DNA from: the human T2T-CHM13v2.0 reference genome, Homo sapiens
DNA: 64,000 nt
NCBI RefSeq assembly: GCF_009914755.1
Contig: NC_060932.1
Reading direction: 5' to 3' (one strand)
Below are positions 42,985 through 64,000 of the stretch, in pieces. The translations under genes and the position numbers were made by a program. The notes under the pieces were generated by a model. That model made no database searches, was not told the DNA's origin, and saw nothing but the letters and a program-made list of their open reading frames with translations. How positions within the stretch are numbered: the first letter of the stretch is position 1; the number at the start of each line of letters is the position of its first letter.

Positions 42985-43211
42985 AAACACCTCCCAGCCA
43001 ACTCTCAGGGCCCACCGCTGGCGGTTCCCAGCCCGACTGGGCGCCCCCAGCCGGGGTTAGCCAGCGCCACGCAGCCGGGCCGGGAAGGGGCGGAGCGGCC
43101 GGGCCCCGCCTCCCTCGTCGCGCCGGGGCCGCCGGGGCCACGGGGCTGCCTCCTCCGCCTAGAGCGCTGCCGCCGCCGCTTTCGCCCGGGAGCCGGGGGC
43201 CGGGCGCCATC

Positions 43212-56887
<13,676 letters not shown>

Positions 56888-58313
56888 GCCAGCACCAGGG
56901 CGGTGGGAGACTCCTGTCCACACCTCTGCCCCAGAGCTGCCTCCTGCCTGGCACTGCCGCCACACTCCCCTCCTGGGATGGGGCTTCTGCTCCCGGGCTC
57001 ACTCAAGGAGACTGCGGCATGTTGACCACACCAGACTGGGTTTCAGGGAATGGGCATGCCAGGTGCCAAGGAGCCAAACAGATGGCTTTCCAGGCAGCAA
57101 GGTCCTTGGGGCCTTCTTGGAGGAGCTTGGGTGACAGCCAGGTGAGCACCCAGACCCCAGACCCTCATGTGCTGTGTGCCTGGCCCCTTCTGTACTGGCC
57201 ATTTGTGGCCAGGGCCAAGCCTGTGACTCAACTCCAGGGGCAAGATGGGGAGTGAGCTGATGGCTCCGAGACTGGTCAGGAGCCCAGGCCAGTGAGATGG
57301 GGCCTGGAGCCTTGTCTGTGTCACATTAGGTACCATGGGAGCTGCTGAGACCTGACATTTTGTCCCCTGCCTACATGGCTTGGCCCATGGAGAAGGAGCA
57401 GTGAATGGGATCGTCGGGGAAGCCCCTCTTCCTGCTCTGCTCCCCTGGAAACTGTTGCAAAACTCCCAGCCGCCTCATGGCAAATGCCCAAAGCATGTTC
57501 CGCACCCAGGCGGGGGCCCCTGCTAATGAGAACCTTGGTGCAGCTGCAGCCAGGAGGGGAGCGGGCCCAGGAGCCAGGCTCAGGTCCAGCTGGTTCCTCT
57601 CTGGCGCCTTCTGAACCCGTCTCAGCAGGTCCACAGCACCTGGGCAGAGGTCAGAGACCAGGGGAGGCCGGGCCTTGCCCTCCCTTCTGCCCAGGGCCCA
57701 GTGTTCTTGATAGAAGACCCTTCTGGGGAGCCAGGGAGCTCAGGGGACAGATAAGGGAAGGACGCCCCCTGACTCCAGGCCCCTGAGCCTGGCGGGAAGT
57801 GGCTGCGGCCCAGGCAGCCAGTCCTGGTGGTGTTCTCCCTGCATGCCCTCCGTGGCTGGGCTGCCACCCCACCCGGCCCGAATCTGTCTTGACCTGCAGG
57901 AATACACGGGCGGCGCCAGGCATTACCTCACAGCGGGACTACACAGTTGCTGGCTTTGCTCCTGGGCAAGGAGGAGCAGGCCAGAGCCTCTTTTGCTTCC
58001 TTTTCTTGCCCATGCCGCTTCTAGAAGCCAGGCACAGGTTGCCAAGAGGTGACACGAAACAGGAGGAAACTCAGTGACCTCTGCCTCTCCCACATTCCTC
58101 CCCGCGGGGGAGGACCTCGCCGCTCTGAAGAGCACCGTGCACATGTGGGTGCACAAACGTGGGTGTTGGTGTGGACGGGGCGCAGATCTCCGTGGATGAA
58201 CTGCGTCTGGACTCTTAGATTCATAAAATATTCGAGGGTTTGGGAGTCACAGACCCTCCCCTCTCCTCAGTGCACTTTGGCATTTGCACGGTGTCTTCCC
58301 CGGACAGCACAGC

Positions 58314-58319
58314 AATAAA
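58314..58319 (+). terminator. FHIP2B: FHIP2B polyadenylation signal AATAAA
   Basis: AATAAA followed by GT-rich downstream sequence. Confidence 0.8.
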
Positions 58320-59037
58320 TGGTGTGATTGCGTGGACACCGTGGCTCTGTTCTTGGCCAAGTTTCCCCACCTTCTGCCCAGGACTCCACTGCTAATTCGG
58401 GCCCATCTTCCTCCCCAAGGAAGACAAATTCTTTTTCTAGCGCTGCAGCAGGGAGGTGGGGTGGGCGGTAAACAGACAGGCTCTGGCAGTGCAGATCTGC
58501 TGATCCTCAGCGCCTGCCAGGAGCCAGACTCTTGGCGGAGCAGTGCCACTTCTGCTGGGCTGACCTGCAGCGGAGAGTCTGCCCACCCCGGAGACACCAT
58601 GAGGGAATGGACCACGTGGGAGCATCTGTGTGCAAGTCTCATTTGGGTGTGTTTATGCTGCGTGTTGTATGCCTGTTTTAGTCATAAAGTAGGCCTGATA
58701 TTTAAAACCTTGTCTTTAAGTTCAAGGCTGCAGTGAGCCGATTGCACCACTGCACTCCAGCCTGGGCAATAGAGTAAGACCCTGTCTAAAAAAAAAAAAA
58801 AAAAATTTCACAGGTGTGTTCTCAGGGAAAAAGAAAAGTTAACACATAAATAAACCCTTTGTCCTCAGATGTGTGTGGAGGGGTGGGGGATCCTCTGAGG
58901 GGGGTCCCCAAGAGACTGCGGGAGGGCAGGCTGAGAACGTGGAGGAAAAGGAGCCAGATGTTGGCTCTCAACTCGTGTTGATCACTGGGTGGCTTTTTAA
59001 AATCCCAATGCCCAGTGCCCCATCACCAGTTAAATTA

Positions 59038-60368
<1,331 letters not shown>

Positions 60369-60843
60369 ACTTAGCAAAAAAAAAAAAAAAAAAAAAAAAT
60401 CCTACCATGATTCAGCGAGGCTGAGGGGAAATGAAGAAAAGGTTTGGTCTGGCATGGGCTGAAGTTGTGAAAAGGCAGAGGCAGGAGAGCCAGGGGGAGT
60501 GGTCTGCGCCAGGGAGGCTCAAGGAGAGAGCAGAGGCAGCACCTGCAGCTCCTGTCCCACTTGAAGTTCCTCTGGGGCCGCCCACTGCCCAACCCTTGGA
60601 GGGCTCAGAGCTGTGTTTCATTAGGGATGGGTCCCCTCAGAGTCACATCCCGGGCCAGCAGGCCAACTGGAGGGAGCCCCAGGGGCCGTGCTGGACAGCA
60701 GACTGGCCCGCACTGTCAGTGCACTGGGAAAGGCATGGGTGCCTGTGGGTAACACGAGGGGAGCAGCAGCTCCTGGACAGTAGTCCCCATCACTTTCTCC
60801 CCACAGAGACGTGTAGGCAGGGAGGCAAGGTGAGTAACACCTC

Positions 60844-60849
60844 TTTACT
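60844..60849 (-). terminator. NUDT18: Probable NUDT18 polyadenylation signal (variant AGTAAA)
   Basis: tttact on + strand about 400 nt past the stop; no canonical AATAAA seen nearer. Confidence 0.5.
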
Positions 60850-61252
60850 CAGCAACGTGCTCCTCCCTCGGGGGACCTTCCCCAGTGCCCCTCCATGCTC
60901 GAAGGGCCTGGAAGGATCAGAATGCAGGCCTTTCCCAAGGACGGCACAGAACGTGATGAGGAGATGCCACTGGGGGTGCAGAAAGCTCCCCATCCCCCTG
61001 GGAAGAGGCGTCAGCGTGCCCTCAGGGTAGTCAGGTCCTGAGCTTTGGACTCCTCGCTTGGTTAAAGGCACTGTCCCTTGTGCAATCTAGAGGAATGCTC
61101 CTCAAAGCATCTCTCCTGGGGACCAGGAGAGCCGCCCCTGCTCCCAATGCAACAAGATCCCTGATCGCCAGCCTCTTGCCTCCCTCAGAGGGAGACAAGT
61201 CCGCACTGGAGGGAGCACGGCTGCCTAGCTCCCTGTCACCTCCCCCACCTCT

Positions 61253-61848
61253 CTATCTGTTCACTGGGACAACAGAGGATCCCTGAAGCCGCTGGAGGAG
61301 CTGGCTTTGCAGGTCTTCCTCCATCACCTTCCACCAAGAGAAGTTCTCACCCCGAACTTTTGGGGGTTCATCCTGGATCCCTGGGCTCCGAAAAGCCACG
61401 GTCACCAGCACATTCAAACAGATGCCATCACTGTGATCTCGGCCCAGGTGCTGCAGTCCAAGCAACCCCTTGATCTCCACCACCAAGTGGTGCAGGGTCA
61501 GACACTCCTGCAGCAGCCGCAGGACGGCCATCTTCATGCCACCCCTCTGCTCCATAGGGTCGAGGCCACAGGCAGTGACAGGCAAGTGAGGCATCCCCAC
61601 TGTGCCCACTAACACCCACACTGTCTGGGCGCTGGTAAAGGTAGCCACGAGCCGCTGGCAGACCAGATCACAGGGTAGCTCTTGGGGCAGAATGAGAGGG
61701 TGCCTGGCTTGCTGGCGATACTGGGCGGCTAGTTCAACCAGGTGCAGGATGTCATGGGCTCGCAGCGGAGTGGGCAGGGAGGTCCGTGGGTACCAGGCAG
61801 CCTGCAGGGACTCCGCATCGGCCTCCTTGGAAGTCTTGAGAATTCCAC
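61253..61848 (-). CDS. NUDT18: NUDT18 exon 3 coding part
   Basis: cccag|GTGGAATT ... AACAGA TAG. Confidence 0.95.
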
Positions 61849-63253
61849 CTGGGGGAGATGTGGGGGATGGGGCAGGGAGGGTCTGTGTGGAGAGAAGTGC
61901 AGCTCTGGCAGAGTCAACAGACATCCCTGACCCAGGAGAGAGGCCCCCAGCCCAAAGGCTGGAATCTGCCCATGCCAGGCTGTGCCAGCCATAACAGGAC
62001 TGGCTGTAGAGGGGCTCACCTCACCGAGGAGCTGGGGGAAAGGTGTCAACTGGCCCTGTTCACACTGCCTCCAGGTGGGCCATACCTGTGGGGCGAGCGA
62101 GGAACACGAAGCGGACCCAGGAGGGGCCCCGCTCCTCCACGGACAGCAGTGTCTCGGGCTCACAGTGCAGCCCCGCCTCCTCCTTCACCTCCCGCTGCAG
62201 CGCCTCCACGATGGTCTCCCCTGGCTCCATTCTCCCCGCAGGCAGGTACCACGACCCCCGGCACTCCCTCTTGGCCTCCTGGATCAGTAGCACCTCATCC
62301 TGAGAGGAGAGAGGATCCTCACTTCCTGCCACAGCCTTCCCTCGCCCCGGGACCAGGGGGCATCTCAAACACAGTCGCCCAAGACTCCCCTCTGGGTGGA
62401 CACTCTCAACCCAGCTAGCGCTCCAGGAGACCTGCCCTCGTGTCGCTGGGGGCTGCAGCCCTCTCCTCTCTGCAATTCGTCTCTCTCTGGATTTAGGAAG
62501 ACTTCCATTTCAGGAAGGGCTGAGATTCCTGGAAGCCGCTTCAGGGGCTGGAGATGAGGCCCCAGAGTGAGGGTCACCATGTGTCTGTCTGTCTTGGATT
62601 GATTTGCGTCTGTACCTGCCACTGTGTATCTCTCGCCTCCAACGGCGTGGTTTACAAACTGTGATGGGTCCTCACACTGGGGTCTGGCTTGAAACACGAC
62701 CCCCACCTCCGCTCTGTACAACCCCGCCCTATGGCCCTGGCCCCGTCTAGTTGTCATTACATCGCCCACTACAGGCATCAGCACCAAAGGCCTGAAGGTA
62801 AGCCGGGATTGAGCCACTGCTATCTGAGGGGCCCTGGGCACTCCGCTAGACTCTGGGGAAGGGAAGGAATGAGGCCTAGTGGGATGAGACAAACAGGCCC
62901 CGGGCCTCAGTTTCCTCTTCTGCATATCGGGACGAACGCAGGACACAGATGCGAGTGGGAGTGGGAGTGCTTTGCAAAACTGGGAAGCGCCACGCACGCG
63001 GCAGCGCTGGCTGTGGCCGTTGGGTCTTCTGTCCCCACCTGGGCTGGCTGCGCGCTCCCGAGGCCCGGCGGGCCCGGGGGCGGCCGCTCACCTGCTCGCT
63101 GAGGAACACGGCCAGCACCACGTAGCACACGTTCTTCCGCAGCCGCACGGGCGCCGGCGGCTCCCCGGCCGGCGCCGAGTCGCAGCTGTGCACGCTGGAC
63201 CCCTGGCCAGCCAGCACGGAAGCCAGCGCCCCCGCCAGGCCCTCCGAGGCCAT
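61253..63253 (-). CDS. NUDT18: Nudix hydrolase 18 (MTH3, 8-oxo-dGDP phosphatase); exons 63253-63092, 62299-62086, 61848-61253; 972 nt = 323 aa
   Basis: [18 protein letters not shown]...; Nudix box [22 protein letters not shown]; canonical junctions, intact frame. Confidence 0.96.
62086..62299 (-). CDS. NUDT18: NUDT18 exon 2 (Nudix box)
   Basis: ctcag|GATGAG ... ACAG|gtatgg. Confidence 0.95.
63092..63253 (-). CDS. NUDT18: NUDT18 exon 1 coding part
   Basis: ATG 63253; GAGCAG|gtgagc. Confidence 0.93.
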
Positions 63254-63299
63254 CGGGTCCCCCGGGGGGCGGCGGGCCGGATCCTCGCAGACCGACTGA

Positions 63300-63790
63300 G
63301 CCGAGCCGCGGGCTAGAGTGCGCTGCGGAGCCCGCTCCCAGTCCCTGCGGAGCCCGCTCCCAGTCCCTGCGGCAGCGGGCCGGGAGCTCACGAGAACGCG
63401 GAAGCGCACGCGAACGCGGAAGCGCACGCGAGCTCTGGCCGCTGATAGGCTGCGCGGCGCCGCGGCCTGCCCGGATTGGCCGGCCCGCGGCATTCACCGA
63501 GGGGGCGGGGCCGCCCGGGGCCGCCCTGGAACTGGGTGGGCACGGGTCCGGAGCCCAGCGGACCCCGCCCGGCTTCTGCCGCCTGTCAGTCCCGTGCGCT
63601 CGGGACGTCTCCCAGCCGCCACCCGCTCGCCAACTCCCCGAGCGCGCACTGGTCTGCAGGAGCTCCGACGGTGACGTCATCTTTCCTGCAGGGCGCGTTG
63701 CGCCGCCGGGGTAGGCGACGGTGACGCGACAATCCGGTGACGTCACGGAGGCCCGGGGCCGCCCCCTGGAACCACTGTCCCGCTGTTGCC
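63300..63790 (-). promoter_or_regulatory. NUDT18: NUDT18 CpG-island promoter
   Basis: Duplicated CGGAAG (ETS) and GCGCACGCG (NRF1-like) at 63394-63431, CCAAT 63475-63479, GC box near 63502, palindromic CREs TGACGTCA at 63672 and 63738. Confidence 0.8.
63323..63372. repeat. 22-bp tandem duplication in the NUDT18 5' region
   Basis: ctgcggagcccgctcccagtcc x2 plus ctgcgg. Confidence 0.9.
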
Positions 63791-64000
63791 GTAAACACAC
63801 AATGGCATTGCCGGAGTTGATCATATCCCAAATACCTTTCTTCTCATTCCACCAAAGAGTTATAAATGTCACATGGCCCGTGGGGTGGGGGACATAAACC
63901 CCTGCCTTGAAGGAGATTCTGCAATAGTTGGAGAGATGGACGGAGTCCTAGATGAGGAGTCAGCTGAGGGTTCGAGGCTAAGTGCTAAATGCTTGGTTTG

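Overview
Human (or near-identical great-ape) genomic DNA matching the 8p21.3 gene order. It contains the last three coding exons of FGF17 (+), the complete DMTN/dematin gene (+, 15 coding exons, 405 aa, several candidate non-coding first exons), complete FHIP2B/FAM160B2 (+, 17 exons, 743 aa) and complete NUDT18/MTH3 (-, 3 exons, 323 aa). All exons were placed by hand on GT-AG boundaries and the summed lengths give intact frames. Non-coding space is dense in Alus, with an LTR12C solo LTR 1.4 kb upstream of FHIP2B and L1, MER20, MER33 and Tigger4 fragments. The most unusual structure is FHIP2B intron 3: its donor is tandemly repeated 5 times (33/34-bp unit) and its whole acceptor (branch point, pyrimidine tract, AG, exon start) 4 times (64-bp unit). 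Only 1 of the 20 donor/acceptor pairings encodes full-length protein. Also notable: a 22-bp duplication that switches which upstream ORF is in frame with NUDT18, a uORF toggled by alternative acceptors in DMTN, an 8-nt DMTN microexon, and several template-switch or inverted-repeat scars. No tRNA, rRNA or CRISPR arrays were found. Gene and repeat names come from recognition, not database searches.
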